Below, piece after piece: positions 1-10,064 of a stretch of 64,000 nt of DNA; positions within the stretch are counted from its first letter, which is position 1, and the number at the start of each line of letters is the position of its first letter. The notes below the pieces were generated by a model. The model made no database searches, was not told the DNA's origin, and saw only the letters and a program-made list of their open reading frames with translations. Origin of the DNA: Bacillales bacterium (GTDB lineage Bacteria; Bacillota_I; Bacilli_A; RF39; UBA660); NCBI GenBank assembly GCA_016288635.1, contig JAEEKZ010000007.1:12649-76648 (forward strand). Direction: 5' to 3'. The translations under genes were made by a program, and so were the position numbers.

Positions 1-1185
1 TTAGGAAGCGCTATTACTGTTATGGGTAAGATAGTTAAGTCTGAAGGCGCTGGACAGGCTTATGAATTAAAGGTAAGTAGTATAAAGCTAGAAGGTGATT
101 GTGATGATGATTATCCTTTACAAGCTAAGGGAAGACCTACTAGGGAATTCTTAAGAGAACAAGCTTATTTAAGACCTAGAACAAATTTATTCCAAGCAGT
201 ATTTAAAATTAGAAGTGTGGCTGCTCAAGCTATTCATGAATATTTTCAAAGTAATAACTATGTATATGTTCATACTCCACTTTTAACTACTGCTGATTGT
301 GAAGGTTCTGACCAAATGTTTAAAGTTACTACTTTAGATATGAATAATGTTCCTAAGAAGGATGGTAAAGCTGACTTTTCTGAAGATTTATTTGGTAAAC
401 AAACATATATAACTGGGTCTGGGCAATTACATGGTGAAACATTTGCTATGGCATTTAAAAAGATATATACTTTTGGACCTACATTTAGAACTGAAAATTC
501 AAATACTAAGACACATGCAAATGAGTTCTGGATGATTGAACCAGAAATGGCTTTCATGCATTTAGATGATTTAATGAATGTTGAAGAAGAAATGCTAAAG
601 AGTGTTGTTTCTAAAGTTCTAGATACATGTGGTGATGAGCTTGCTTTCTTAGATAAATTTGTTTCTAATGGATTAATTGATAAATTAAAGAAATTAGTTA
701 GCGATAAATTTGTTAGAATTACTCATCATGATGCAATAGAATTATTAATTAACTCAGGAGAAAAATTTGAGTTTACTCCAAGTTATGAAGATGATATTGC
801 AAAAGAACATGAAAAATGGATTACAGAACACTTTAATGCTCCAGTATTTATTTATAACTGGCCAAAAGATATTAAAGCCTGGTATATGAAACTTAATGAT
901 GATGGAAAAACAGTTGCTGCTGTAGACTTGGAAGTATTAGGTTCTGGAGAATTAATGGGCGGCTCTGAAAGAGAAGTTGATCCTGCTAAACTTGATGAAT
1001 TAGTAAAAAAACATAATGTTGATAGAGAACAAATTGAATGGTACTTAAATTTACGTAAGTTTGGAGGATGTTATCATTCAGGATTTGGAATGGGATTTGA
1101 AAGACTTATAATGTATCTAACAGGTATAGAAAATATAAGAGATGTTATCCCTTATCCAAGAACTCCAGGTAGCTGCGAATACTAA
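1..1185 (+). CDS. asnS: Asparaginyl-tRNA synthetase, 5' end outside window
   Basis: The frame of ORF 22..1185 stays open back to nt 1. Class II aaRS blocks FRTENSNTKTHANEFWMIEPEMAF and GFGMGFERLIMY are present. Confidence 0.9.
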   Translation, partial: LGSAITVMGKIVKSEGAGQAYELKVSSIKLEGDCDDDYPLQAKGRPTREFLREQAYLRPRTNLFQAVFKIRSVAAQAIHEYFQSNNYVYVHTPLLTTADCEGSDQMFKVTTLDMNNVPKKDGKADFSEDLFGKQTYITGSGQLHGETFAMAFKKIYTFGPTFRTENSNTKTHANEFWMIEPEMAFMHLDDLMNVEEEMLKSVVSKVLDTCGDELAFLDKFVSNGLIDKLKKLVSDKFVRITHHDAIELLINSGEKFEFTPSYEDDIAKEHEKWITEHFNAPVFIYNWPKDIKAWYMKLNDDGKTVAAVDLEVLGSGELMGGSEREVDPAKLDELVKKHNVDREQIEWYLNLRKFGGCYHSGFGMGFERLIMYLTGIENIRDVIPYPRTPGSCEY

Positions 1186-1231
1186 AATTTAAAGAATAAT
1201 TAATAAAACGAACAAAAAGCAAACAAAAAAA

Positions 1232-1260
1232 TTGACAATTTGTTCGTTTTTTGTTATTAT
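1232..1260 (+). promoter_or_regulatory. sigmaA-type promoter TTGACA-17-TATTAT
   Basis: TTGACA at 1232-1237, a 17-nt spacer and TATTAT at 1255-1260. It lies inside the loop and 3' arm of the asnS terminator-like hairpin (arms 1206-1216 and 1239-1249). Confidence 0.5.
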
Positions 1261-1293
1261 AAAGCCGTTCTTTTTGAGAAAGGAAGAAAAAAG

Positions 1294-2103
1294 TTGAAAA
1301 ATCTGCAACTAGGCCACTCGCTAAAATTATTTGGTGGGTTGACTATCATCAGTGTATTAACCGTAGTGGTAATAATTACAATTAGTCTAAGAGGTGTATT
1401 TTTTAGAAATAAAACAATTCCCGAATCTGCTAATACTGTAGCCGTATTGACGAATGAAGATATTGTTAATAACTTCATTAACTCCAATCAATATTTTTTA
1501 AAATTTTATGCCGATACTTTTCAAATTGAAGAGAGTTATTTAGAAGAACTTCTTAGAAATCGTAACGTGAATTCATTTGACGAGATTGATATATTCAATA
1601 CTGGGAATGAATATGCCAATAAGGACCAAGCTGTAATTGGTTTCCTTATGGATCTAGAGAAGAGTAATAAGGACTTATTTAGTACCGAAGTTACTCCATG
1701 TACGTGCTCAAAAGAATACATGTTGGCGCTTATTGATTATTTTTCAAGCATATATCCAGATGTTGATGCTTCAATAGCTAAGTCTATTGCAAAAGTGGAG
1801 TCAGGATTTAAAAGCAGCCATATGTTAAAAAAGAATAATATTTTTGGGGGTATGAGTAGCAAGGGGTTGATAGTTTATAGAAATATAAACTATGGTATAC
1901 TTAGGTATATTAAGCTACTAAATGATTTGTATTTTAAAAAGGGACTCACGAGTGTGGAAAAGATAGGTTACAAATATAATCCAGTCGTAGTGGATGGAGT
2001 CAAAAAGGCTAGTCCAACATGGGTGGTTAATGTTAATCGTAACTTAGAAAAGTATCAGGAAAGTACAGTTTATAGCTTTAAAGAATTGTTAGAAATGAAA
2101 TAG
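1294..2103 (+). CDS. Membrane-anchored protein with a possible SLT/lytic-transglycosylase-like C-terminal domain
   Basis: The track ORF 1240..2103 starts inside the promoter. A TTG at 1294 follows GGAAG and gives MKNLQLGHSLKLFGG plus one TM. The segment AKVESGFKS...IFGGM...NYGILRYIKLL resembles the SLT ES..F/G.M motif order. Confidence 0.45.
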   Translation: MKNLQLGHSLKLFGGLTIISVLTVVVIITISLRGVFFRNKTIPESANTVAVLTNEDIVNNFINSNQYFLKFYADTFQIEESYLEELLRNRNVNSFDEIDIFNTGNEYANKDQAVIGFLMDLEKSNKDLFSTEVTPCTCSKEYMLALIDYFSSIYPDVDASIAKSIAKVESGFKSSHMLKKNNIFGGMSSKGLIVYRNINYGILRYIKLLNDLYFKKGLTSVEKIGYKYNPVVVDGVKKASPTWVVNVNRNLEKYQESTVYSFKELLEMK

Positions 2104-2163
2104 GGTGACCTATTTTTTTCTTTATCTTAATTTAAAAATATGATACTATTTAATAGAGGTGAA

Positions 2164-3765
2164 ATGATGAAATTTATAAAAAATGTATTTAATGATATTG
2201 TTGGAAAAATCAAGAAAGTATATCAAATAGCACCAGTTACTATTATTAGTATGCTTGTTCTAACAATCATTACAGTTATTTGTTTTGACAACTTTAATAA
2301 GGTAACAGATTATGTAGTTGTATTTCTTATATTTTTAACTATTGGTTCATTTTTAACGGAATCATTAAATAAGCAAAAAATTATTGGATATTCTTTATCT
2401 TCAGTAATTGCTTTGATATTTACAATATTATTTAACAAAGAAGGTGGTCCAGGTTTTTGGACTGGAATGTATGCCATATGTTATGGTAGTGTAGCTTCAA
2501 TATTAGGTGTCTATTTTAGATATAAAGCTAGTAATAAAGACTTACAAAATTATGTAACAGGAGCATTTGTAAGTATATGCAAATTATCAGTTATATATGG
2601 AGTTATATCAATTGGGGTTTTAATTATTTATTTACTTGTTAATTACTTATTATTAGAAGATTTGGATACAATTGATTTCTTAGAAAGAATAGAATTATTT
2701 ATTTTAGGGGCTTATTATGGACCTAGTATAATTTATTCTATATTTATTCCTGATAATGAAACAGAAGGATTCTTTAAGATTTTAATTAAATATGTATTAA
2801 ATATTCTTGTATTAATATACTTTGTAGTAATTTATCTATATATCATTAAGATTATATTTTCTGGTGATTTACCGTCAAATGAAATATTCTCAATTATATC
2901 ATTCTTATTTGCAGTAGGTTTACCAGTATGGACAATGGCTCAATCATATAATCAAAAGAAGTTAGTTTTCTTAGATAAAACTAATAACATAATGCCATAT
3001 TTATTTGCTCCATTTATTGGTTTGCAAACATATGCAATGATGTTAAGAGTGTTTTCTTATGGTTTAACGACTTCAAGATATTTAGGTTTAATGCTTATTG
3101 TAGTTGAAGTAGCATATATTGTTTTATATAGTCTAAAGAAAGCTGATAAGACATTCTTAGTTTTAGTTGCTATTGTTGTTGTAAGTACAATTATTCCATT
3201 TATAAATGCTAATTCTTTATCAAATTATTCTCAAAGTTTGGTAATTAAAGATTATGATATGAATGCCAATTATAGTTCAGAAGAAATGAGTCGTTTTAAA
3301 TCTGCTTATTCATATTTACTTCATAGTGAAGATGGAGTTGCATATATTAATAAATATTTAACTGCTGAAGAAAAGGCAAAGATAGAAAAATCTACTTATT
3401 ATTATGATGATTATAAAGATTTAGTATATTTACATGCTAGTCGTTCTAGTTATGGTTTAACTATTGATGTTGATGGTTATAGTAAAATGTATGAAATGAA
3501 TATAAATGGCTATGATTCAAGAGGAACTAGTATAGATAAATATTTTAAGGAAATTCAATTTAATAATGAAAGTTATAATATTTATCCTCTTGTTGAAAGA
3601 TACATTGATCATAAAGATAATTTAAACCGTTATTTTTCTGATAATTATGAATATATTGTAGACGAAAATACAAAAATAATACTTAAGAGTTTTGATTTAG
3701 ATTATAATTCTACAAATAACACTATTAGTTCAGTTTATATTGAAGGATATGTTTTAAAGAAATAA
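2164..3765 (+). CDS. Polytopic membrane protein (DUF4153-like?), function unknown
   Basis: Long ORF with many hydrophobic segments and a soluble C-terminal part. The start was moved to ATGATG after AGAGGTG. Confidence 0.6.
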   Translation: MMKFIKNVFNDIVGKIKKVYQIAPVTIISMLVLTIITVICFDNFNKVTDYVVVFLIFLTIGSFLTESLNKQKIIGYSLSSVIALIFTILFNKEGGPGFWTGMYAICYGSVASILGVYFRYKASNKDLQNYVTGAFVSICKLSVIYGVISIGVLIIYLLVNYLLLEDLDTIDFLERIELFILGAYYGPSIIYSIFIPDNETEGFFKILIKYVLNILVLIYFVVIYLYIIKIIFSGDLPSNEIFSIISFLFAVGLPVWTMAQSYNQKKLVFLDKTNNIMPYLFAPFIGLQTYAMMLRVFSYGLTTSRYLGLMLIVVEVAYIVLYSLKKADKTFLVLVAIVVVSTIIPFINANSLSNYSQSLVIKDYDMNANYSSEEMSRFKSAYSYLLHSEDGVAYINKYLTAEEKAKIEKSTYYYDDYKDLVYLHASRSSYGLTIDVDGYSKMYEMNINGYDSRGTSIDKYFKEIQFNNESYNIYPLVERYIDHKDNLNRYFSDNYEYIVDENTKIILKSFDLDYNSTNNTISSVYIEGYVLKK

Positions 3766-3781
3766 TATAGGAGGCATTATT

Positions 3782-4315
3782 ATGAAAATATTTGTTGCTT
3801 GCTCTGCAAGTAATAATATTCCTCAAAAGTATTTAGAAGAATCTAGATATGTTCTTGAAAGAATTCTAAAAAAGAACGACTTAGTCTTTGGAGCTTATTA
3901 CGATGGTTTAATGGGTATGTCTCATGATATTGCTCTAAAGAATGGTAGAAGTGTCATTGGTGTATGTACAGAAGCTGAAAAAGATGATTTAAAAAGGTTG
4001 AAATGTACTAAAGAAATAACAACATACACTGTTGCCGGTAGAACAGATGAGCTTATTAATGAGAGCGATGTTATTCTTTTCTTACCTGGTGGAATTGGTA
4101 CAATGTATGAACTCTTTAGATCATTAAAAAGCAAGAGTTGTAATGAGTTTAATAAGCCAATGATTGTATTTAATTGTTGTGGTTTCTATGATAATTGGAT
4201 AAAACTAATGGAACAAATCTATTCGGAAAAATTTACTGAAAAAGATGTATCTGAAAATTATATAGTTGTAAATAATAAAGATGATGTTATTAAACTTATA
4301 GAGAGGATGCAATAA
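3782..4315 (+). CDS. LOG/TIGR00730-family Rossmann-fold nucleotide-binding protein
   Basis: PGGIGTMYELF motif, ~177 aa, RBS AGGAGG upstream. Confidence 0.75.
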   Translation: MKIFVACSASNNIPQKYLEESRYVLERILKKNDLVFGAYYDGLMGMSHDIALKNGRSVIGVCTEAEKDDLKRLKCTKEITTYTVAGRTDELINESDVILFLPGGIGTMYELFRSLKSKSCNEFNKPMIVFNCCGFYDNWIKLMEQIYSEKFTEKDVSENYIVVNNKDDVIKLIERMQ

Positions 4316-4320
4316 TATGG

Positions 4321-4349
4321 GGTTAACAAGTAATTGTTAACCTTTTTTT
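4321..4349 (+). terminator. Intrinsic terminator
   Basis: GGTTAACAA-gtaa-TTGTTAACC followed by T7. Confidence 0.8.
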
Positions 4350-4385
4350 GTAGAGTAATGTATTGTCAAAGAACTGTCAATGACC

Positions 4386-4414
4386 TTGATTTCTACCTTG
4401 ACTTTTGGTATAAT
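4386..4414 (+). promoter_or_regulatory. sigmaA-type promoter TTGATT-17-TATAAT (TGn extended -10)
   Basis: TTGATT at 4386-4391, a 17-nt spacer ending in tgg, and TATAAT at 4409-4414. Confidence 0.65.
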
Positions 4415-4420
4415 TTAATT

Positions 4421-4597
4421 GTCTAAAGTGATCGTGTATTATAAAAACCGACTATGGATAAATTTAGGGGGACTAATTAGTAAATGATGTTGAAAGCTTA
4501 TCCAATAAGTGAATAAGAATCCTAAAGTTTATTATGTGTCCTACCACCTGCGAGCGAGCGGGATTTTTATCAGCATAGGTTACTTTAGATTTTTTTT
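4421..4597 (+). promoter_or_regulatory. ~175-nt structured leader with terminator upstream of tcdA, class unknown
   Basis: There is no credible ORF. A GC-rich hairpin CCTGC-gagcga-GCGGG sits inside a longer helix CTAAAGT(4522-4528)/ACTTTAG(4582-4588), followed by T8 just before the tcdA RBS. Confidence 0.45.
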
Positions 4598-4608
4598 GGA
4601 GTAAAAAT

Positions 4609-5283
4609 ATGTTTGAAAGAATTTTAGAATTAATTGGAGAAACCGAAGTAGAAAAACTTAGGAAAACTAATATTTTATTAGTAGGTTTAGGTGGTGTTGG
4701 GGGCATTGCTCTTGAAACACTTGTTAGATGTGGAATAGGACATATTACCATTGTTGATCATGATACTTTTGAAAAATCAAATTTAAATAGACAGATACTT
4801 TCTTTAGAAAGTAATCTTGGGCAAAATAAAGTATTGATTGCAAAAAATAGAATGTTAGATATTAATCCTAATTTAGACATAACAGATTTACCAATATTTT
4901 TGGACAAATCTAATATAGATATGTTAGGCGATTATGATTATATAATTGATGCTTGTGATACAGTTAAAACTAAAGTCTTATTAATCAAATATGCTCTAGA
5001 AAAGAATATAAAGATTATATCCTCAATGGGGATGGGAAATAGAATTGATCCCAGAAATATTGAAATAACTAAGTTAAATAGAACAATTAATGATCCTCTT
5101 GCTAAGAAGTTAAGAAATCTTCTTAAAGATGAGAATGTTCCTTTAAATATTCCTGTAGTTTGTTCTAGTGCACTACCAATTAAAAGAGATAAACACATTT
5201 CTTCAATGATAATGGTTCCTGCAACTGCTGGTATATATATGGCATATTATGTTATAAATGATATTTTAGATATTGAACAATAA
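4609..5283 (+). CDS. tcdA: tRNA threonylcarbamoyladenosine dehydratase (ThiF/MoeB/HesA family)
   Basis: LVGLGGVGGIALETLVRCGIGHITIVDHDTFEKSNLNRQ nucleotide-binding fold, ~224 aa. Confidence 0.8.
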   Translation: MFERILELIGETEVEKLRKTNILLVGLGGVGGIALETLVRCGIGHITIVDHDTFEKSNLNRQILSLESNLGQNKVLIAKNRMLDINPNLDITDLPIFLDKSNIDMLGDYDYIIDACDTVKTKVLLIKYALEKNIKIISSMGMGNRIDPRNIEITKLNRTINDPLAKKLRNLLKDENVPLNIPVVCSSALPIKRDKHISSMIMVPATAGIYMAYYVINDILDIEQ

Positions 5284-5429
5284 TGTCGAATTAAAGGGTA
5301 TTAATTGTCTTGAAATATATATATTAATAATTAAAATAGTAATTGTGACATACAAGCCTCTAATAACTTATTAATTAATATAAGAGTTATTTTATTAGCT
5401 CAGTTATTAAAGCACTGTCATATTTTAAA

Positions 5430-5455
5430 AAGCATACCATTGGTGTGCTTTTTTC
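5430..5455 (+). terminator. Intrinsic terminator
   Basis: AGCATACC-attg-GGTGTGCT (one G-U pair) followed by T6. Confidence 0.6.
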
Positions 5456-5464
5456 TTCGCTCTA

Positions 5465-5493
5465 TTGATATTAAGATTCAAAAATGTTAAAAT
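5465..5493 (+). promoter_or_regulatory. sigmaA-type promoter TTGATA-17-TAAAAT (TGn)
   Basis: Hexamers at 5465-5470 and 5488-5493, with the spacer ending in tgt. Confidence 0.6.
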
Positions 5494-5518
5494 AGAAACG
5501 TCGTTTGAGGTGATTTTT

Positions 5519-5764
5519 ATGAACGATAAAACAAGTATTTTTAGTTTAAAAGATTTAAGAAATGGACTATTATTAAATACTCTTGATGAAGTAATAGAAT
5601 CTCTTGAAAAGAATGGTTATAATGCTACATCTCAAATAGTTGGCTATTTAACAACAGGGGATTTAACTTATATAACTAGTCATGATAGATCAAGACAAAA
5701 GATAAAAAAATATGATAGAGTAGAAATATTAGCGGCTCTTTTAAAATATTATAGAGGAGAATAA
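5519..5764 (+). CDS. ireB: IreB-family regulatory phosphoprotein (UPF0297)
   Basis: ATG at 5519 follows GAGGTGA. The block NATSQIVGYLTTGDLTYITSHDRSRQKI is typical of the family, and the gene has the conserved position before ruvX. Confidence 0.8.
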   Translation: MNDKTSIFSLKDLRNGLLLNTLDEVIESLEKNGYNATSQIVGYLTTGDLTYITSHDRSRQKIKKYDRVEILAALLKYYRGE

Positions 5765-6204
5765 TGAGATATTTAGGATTAGATTTAGGTACAAGAAGTT
5801 GTGGAATAGCTATAACTGATAAAACTAATACAATATGTACTCCAAAGAGTCCTATTTTTTTCAACCATGAAGAATATGATAAGTTGTTAGAAGAATTAAA
5901 ACCTATGATAGAAGAAAATGAGATTACAGATGTTGTTATAGGACTTCCTAAGAACATGGATGGATCTATGGGATTTGCTGCTGAAAGAAGTATTAATTTT
6001 GCTAATCTTTTAAAAGAATTAAATGTAAAAGTTCATTTTATAGATGAGAGACTTACTTCTGTTGAAGCTTTGAGTGTTTTACATTTTACGGGTAAGACTG
6101 CAAAAGATGGTAAAAAGGTTATTGACTCTGTATCAGCAAATATTATTCTAGATACTTATCTAAGGAGTTTAAAAAATGAAAAACAAGATGATAGTCAAGC
6201 ATAG
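5764..6204 (+). CDS. ruvX: Holliday junction resolvase-like RuvX/YqgF
   Basis: MRYLGLDLGTRSCGIAITD N-terminus and synteny. Confidence 0.9.
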   Translation: MRYLGLDLGTRSCGIAITDKTNTICTPKSPIFFNHEEYDKLLEELKPMIEENEITDVVIGLPKNMDGSMGFAAERSINFANLLKELNVKVHFIDERLTSVEALSVLHFTGKTAKDGKKVIDSVSANIILDTYLRSLKNEKQDDSQA

Positions 6205-6409
6205 CGAAGGGCAAGAAAACTTCAAATGCTTATATACAATCGAAGCAAACGATTGTTCGTATTACATTTTTACAAAAAAGGAATATATTGATGATGCTTT
6301 AGTTGTTTATGCATCAAAATCTAAAGATGGCAAAAAATTTTATGATTTAACAAAAAAAGAAGATAAATTGATTGAATCAATTTTAGATAAAATGGATAGG
6401 AATATTTAA
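6176..6409 (+). CDS. DUF1292-family small protein
   Basis: Conserved position between ruvX and mltG. AAGGAG lies 8 nt upstream of the ATG. Confidence 0.7.
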   Translation: MKNKMIVKHSEGQENFKCLYTIEANDCSYYIFTKKEYIDDALVVYASKSKDGKKFYDLTKKEDKLIESILDKMDRNI

Positions 6410-6411
6410 AT

Positions 6412-7455
6412 ATGAAAATAAAAAGAATATTAGTAGGTATATTACTTATACTTGTTGCTACTGCAATAGGGGGATACATTTATTATTCTAGTGAAATAAA
6501 AACTGTAGTTGATAGCAATAGTTCTGATAAAGAATTAATTGTTATAAACGCTGGAACAAGTAGAGTAGATATAGTAAAAAAATTAGTGAATGATGGATTT
6601 ATTAAAAACGAAATAGTGGGTATAGCTTATGTATATGTTAATAATTTAAATCTACAAGCTGGAGAATATCACATATCTAAGTCACAATCGCTTGAAGAAA
6701 TACTAAATCACATTCATGAAGGTGAAGTTAAAAAGAAAGAGGAAATTAAAGTAACTTTCATTGAAGGTAAGAGAATTCCTGATTACGCTAAAGTAATTTC
6801 TGAGAAATTCCCAAACTATACATATGAAGAAGTATTAGCTAAATTTAAAGATAGAGATTATGCTAAAAAGTTAATTGCAAGTCATAGTATATTAGATGAT
6901 GAAATATTGGATTCTGAAATATATTATCCTCTTGAAGGATATTTATATCCTGATACATATTCATTTTTTACAGATGCAACTCTAGAAGATATTATAGAGA
7001 AGCTAGTTACTACAATGGAGCAAAAACTAAGTAAATATAATCAAAATATTGAAGATAGAGGATTAACATATCATGAATTGTTAAGTGCGGCATCTATTGT
7101 GGAAATGGAAGGTACTAATGCTACAAATAGAGCAAAAGTGTCACAAGTAATCTATAAGAGATTATCTATAGGTATGAACTTAGGAATGGATGTTACAACT
7201 TATTATGCTGTGCAAAAAGAAATGAAGGAACCATTAACTAAACAAGATCTAGCATCAACAAGTAAGTATAATACTAGATTAATGAGCTATTTGGGATTAC
7301 CTGTTGGACCAATTTGTAGTCCATCAATGGAATCTATTATTGCAACATTAAATCCAAGTGATACAGATTATATATATTTTTATGCAAGTAAAACTGGGGA
7401 AATTAAGTTTACTGCAAATTATAGCGAATTTTTACAATTCATAAGAGAAGGTTAG
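6412..7455 (+). CDS. mltG: Endolytic murein transglycosylase MltG (YceG family)
   Basis: N-terminal TM, then YceG-like blocks (EGYLYPDTY, ASIVEMEG, YNTR...GLPVGPICSP). Confidence 0.9.
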   Translation: MKIKRILVGILLILVATAIGGYIYYSSEIKTVVDSNSSDKELIVINAGTSRVDIVKKLVNDGFIKNEIVGIAYVYVNNLNLQAGEYHISKSQSLEEILNHIHEGEVKKKEEIKVTFIEGKRIPDYAKVISEKFPNYTYEEVLAKFKDRDYAKKLIASHSILDDEILDSEIYYPLEGYLYPDTYSFFTDATLEDIIEKLVTTMEQKLSKYNQNIEDRGLTYHELLSAASIVEMEGTNATNRAKVSQVIYKRLSIGMNLGMDVTTYYAVQKEMKEPLTKQDLASTSKYNTRLMSYLGLPVGPICSPSMESIIATLNPSDTDYIYFYASKTGEIKFTANYSEFLQFIREG

Positions 7456-7465
7456 GTGTTTTTAA

Positions 7466-8062
7466 ATGAAACAACAATTATTAGAAATGGAAGAATATGC
7501 TCTTGAGAATAACGTTCCCATTATAGAGAAAGATTCTATAGCTTTTATAATGAAGTTTATTAAAACTAATGGGATTAAAAGTGTTTTAGAAATAGGATCA
7601 GCAATTGGATATTCTGCGATACTTATGGCATCAAGTAGTGCTGATGTAACAGTTACTACAATTGAAAGAGATGAATCTCGTTATATGGAATGCCTTAAGA
7701 ATGTAAAAAAATGTGGATTAGATAAAAAGATTAACGTTGTATATCAAGATGCTTTAGAGGTTAATTTACCAAATGAAGTTAAATATGATTTAATATTTAT
7801 TGATGCTGCTAAAGCACAAAATACAAAATTTTTCGAGAAGTTTAAATATTTCTTAACTGATGATGGTGCAATAATAACAGATAATATTAATTTTCATGGT
7901 TATGTTGGAGAATCTAAAATGCTAGATAAGTCTAATTTAAAGAGTCTAGTTGAAAAAATTGAAGAATATGTAGAATTTTTAAAGACAAATCCTGAATTTG
8001 ATACAAAATTCTATGATTACGGTGATGGTTTAGCTGTCAGCGTTTGGAAAAATGAAAAATAA
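7466..8062 (+). CDS. trmR: Class I SAM-dependent O-methyltransferase (YrrM/TrmR-type)
   Basis: VLEIGSAIGYS SAM-binding motif. Synteny with two U32 genes, as in the Bacillus yrrMNO arrangement. Confidence 0.7.
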   Translation: MKQQLLEMEEYALENNVPIIEKDSIAFIMKFIKTNGIKSVLEIGSAIGYSAILMASSSADVTVTTIERDESRYMECLKNVKKCGLDKKINVVYQDALEVNLPNEVKYDLIFIDAAKAQNTKFFEKFKYFLTDDGAIITDNINFHGYVGESKMLDKSNLKSLVEKIEEYVEFLKTNPEFDTKFYDYGDGLAVSVWKNEK

Positions 8063-8816
8063 TTATTTAGTCTTAATTCAAAATAAGAGTATTGCGGATC
8101 AATTAGTTCAAAATGGTGTAACACTAGCTTATCCACTTAAGGACTTTTGTGTTGGTTTTAACAATACTTTTTTACTTGAAGAAATTCCAACAGATGCTTA
8201 CATTTATGTAAATAGAGTATTAGACTGTGAATCTTTAGATAAATTAAAAGAAGTATTAAAGAATGTTAATCAAAAAGGAATAATATTTGAGGATTTAGGG
8301 GTAATTGAAATAACTAAGTCTTTATCAATAGAAAAAATATTGTTCCAAAACCATCAATTAACAAATTATGAATCTGTTAATGAATATTTAAAATATGTTG
8401 ATTCATTATTAATATCTACTGATATAACTAATGAAGAAGCAAAAGAAATATTAGATAAAGCTGATAAAAAGTTAGTTATTTATACTTTAGGATATGTTAA
8501 TATTATGTATTCTAGAAGAAATCTAATTAAGAATTATCATACTCATTATGATTTAGATGATGAGGATAGAATAGACTTAGAAGTTGAAGATAAGAAATTA
8601 ATCGCAGTAGAAAACCAATATGGTACTTATTTTTATGATTCACTTCCTTTATATAATGGATTAGATCATAAGAATATTCTTTATAAGTTTATTAATACAG
8701 CATTATTAAGTGATGAAGATGTATTAGAATTTATTAAGAATGGTAAAATTAATTTCGAGACTAATGAAGGTTTTACTAAAACTAAGACAATCTTCAAGAT
8801 AAAGGAGGAAAAGTAA
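8052..8816 (+). CDS. U32-family peptidase-like protein (YrrN-type, divergent)
   Basis: Position between the O-methyltransferase and a canonical U32 gene. Sequence similarity to U32 is weak by eye. Confidence 0.45.
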   Translation: MKNNYLVLIQNKSIADQLVQNGVTLAYPLKDFCVGFNNTFLLEEIPTDAYIYVNRVLDCESLDKLKEVLKNVNQKGIIFEDLGVIEITKSLSIEKILFQNHQLTNYESVNEYLKYVDSLLISTDITNEEAKEILDKADKKLVIYTLGYVNIMYSRRNLIKNYHTHYDLDDEDRIDLEVEDKKLIAVENQYGTYFYDSLPLYNGLDHKNILYKFINTALLSDEDVLEFIKNGKINFETNEGFTKTKTIFKIKEEK

Positions 8817-10006
8817 TGAAAAATGTAGAATTACTTGCTCCTGCTGGAGATTTAGAAAGATTAAAAATGGCTTTTCACTACGGAGCAGATGCTGTTTACT
8901 TAGGTGGAAAGAAGTTTTCATTAAGAGCTAATGCTAAGAACTTAACTAATGAAGAGTTAAAAGAGGCTGCATACATAGCTAGAACATTAAATAAGTCATT
9001 ATATATAACAGTTAATATATTATTCCATAACGATGATTTAGAGGGCTTAGACGAGTATTTAAAGTATTTAGATACGATTGGTATAACTGGTGTTATTTCA
9101 AGTGATATCGTAGTTATAAAGAAGATTAGAGAACTAAATCTAAATTTAAATGTTGTATTATCTACTCAATCAAGTACTTTAAATTATGGAGCAGTTATGT
9201 TCTGGAAGTCTTTAGGAGTAAAAAGGGTAGTTTTAGCAAGAGAAGCATCTAGAGAAGATGTTAAGAGAATTATTGATGAAACTGGTATAGAAGTAGAAAC
9301 ATTTATTCATGGAGCTATGTGTACTTCAATAAGTGGTAAATGTGTATTATCAAACTATTTAACTAATAGAGATTCTAATCGTGGTGGATGTGTTCAAGCA
9401 TGTCGTTGGTGTTTTAAAAATAAAGATAATCCAGAGTTTACTATGACTAGTAAAGATTTAAATATGGTATCTAATATAAAAGATATGATTGAACTAGGGG
9501 TAGCTTCATTTAAAGTTGAAGGAAGAATGCGTTCAAGTTATTATATTGCAACTGTTATTCTTGCTTATAGAAAAATGATTGATAAGGTAATGAATGGCAC
9601 TTTAACGGAAGACGAAACCAAGTATTATTTAAATGTTTTAAATAGATGTGCTAATAGAGATTCTAAACCACAGTTTTATAATAATCCTACAACGGAAGAA
9701 GATGAATATTGGTTAGGAAGAAATGAAGTAACTAATAAAGATTTTCTTGGTATTGTACTAGATTATGATGAAGAAACACATATAGCTACTATAGAGCAAA
9801 GAAATTATTTTGAACCAGGTACTGTAGCACAAATATTTGGACCTGAAATAGATACTTTTGACTATACAATTGGTAAAATTTATGATGAAGAAATGAATGA
9901 AATTGAGGTTGCAAATCACCCTCAAATGATTGTAAAACTAGAAATCATAAATAAAGTTTATAAAGATGATATAATTCGTTTAAAAGTGTTTGACAAAATA
10001 GCATAA
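8816..10006 (+). CDS. Peptidase U32 family protein (YrrO/TrhP-type, tRNA ho5U-associated)
   Basis: LLAPAGDLERLKMAFHYGADAVYLGG N-terminus, Cys-rich centre (CTSISGKCVLS...GGCVQACRW) and EGRMRS block. Confidence 0.8.
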   Translation: MKNVELLAPAGDLERLKMAFHYGADAVYLGGKKFSLRANAKNLTNEELKEAAYIARTLNKSLYITVNILFHNDDLEGLDEYLKYLDTIGITGVISSDIVVIKKIRELNLNLNVVLSTQSSTLNYGAVMFWKSLGVKRVVLAREASREDVKRIIDETGIEVETFIHGAMCTSISGKCVLSNYLTNRDSNRGGCVQACRWCFKNKDNPEFTMTSKDLNMVSNIKDMIELGVASFKVEGRMRSSYYIATVILAYRKMIDKVMNGTLTEDETKYYLNVLNRCANRDSKPQFYNNPTTEEDEYWLGRNEVTNKDFLGIVLDYDEETHIATIEQRNYFEPGTVAQIFGPEIDTFDYTIGKIYDEEMNEIEVANHPQMIVKLEIINKVYKDDIIRLKVFDKIA

Positions 10007-10064
10007 TTATAGTACACTTTTAAGCGTTATATGTTTTTTTAAAAAAGGAGAAATTGTATATAAA

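Noticed and set aside
5284-5430. A possible sRNA between tcdA and the terminator at 5430-5455
   Set aside because: An imperfect hairpin (AATAACTTA...TAAGAGTTATT) exists, but I found no convincing promoter. The stretch is more simply the 3' UTR of tcdA ending at that terminator.
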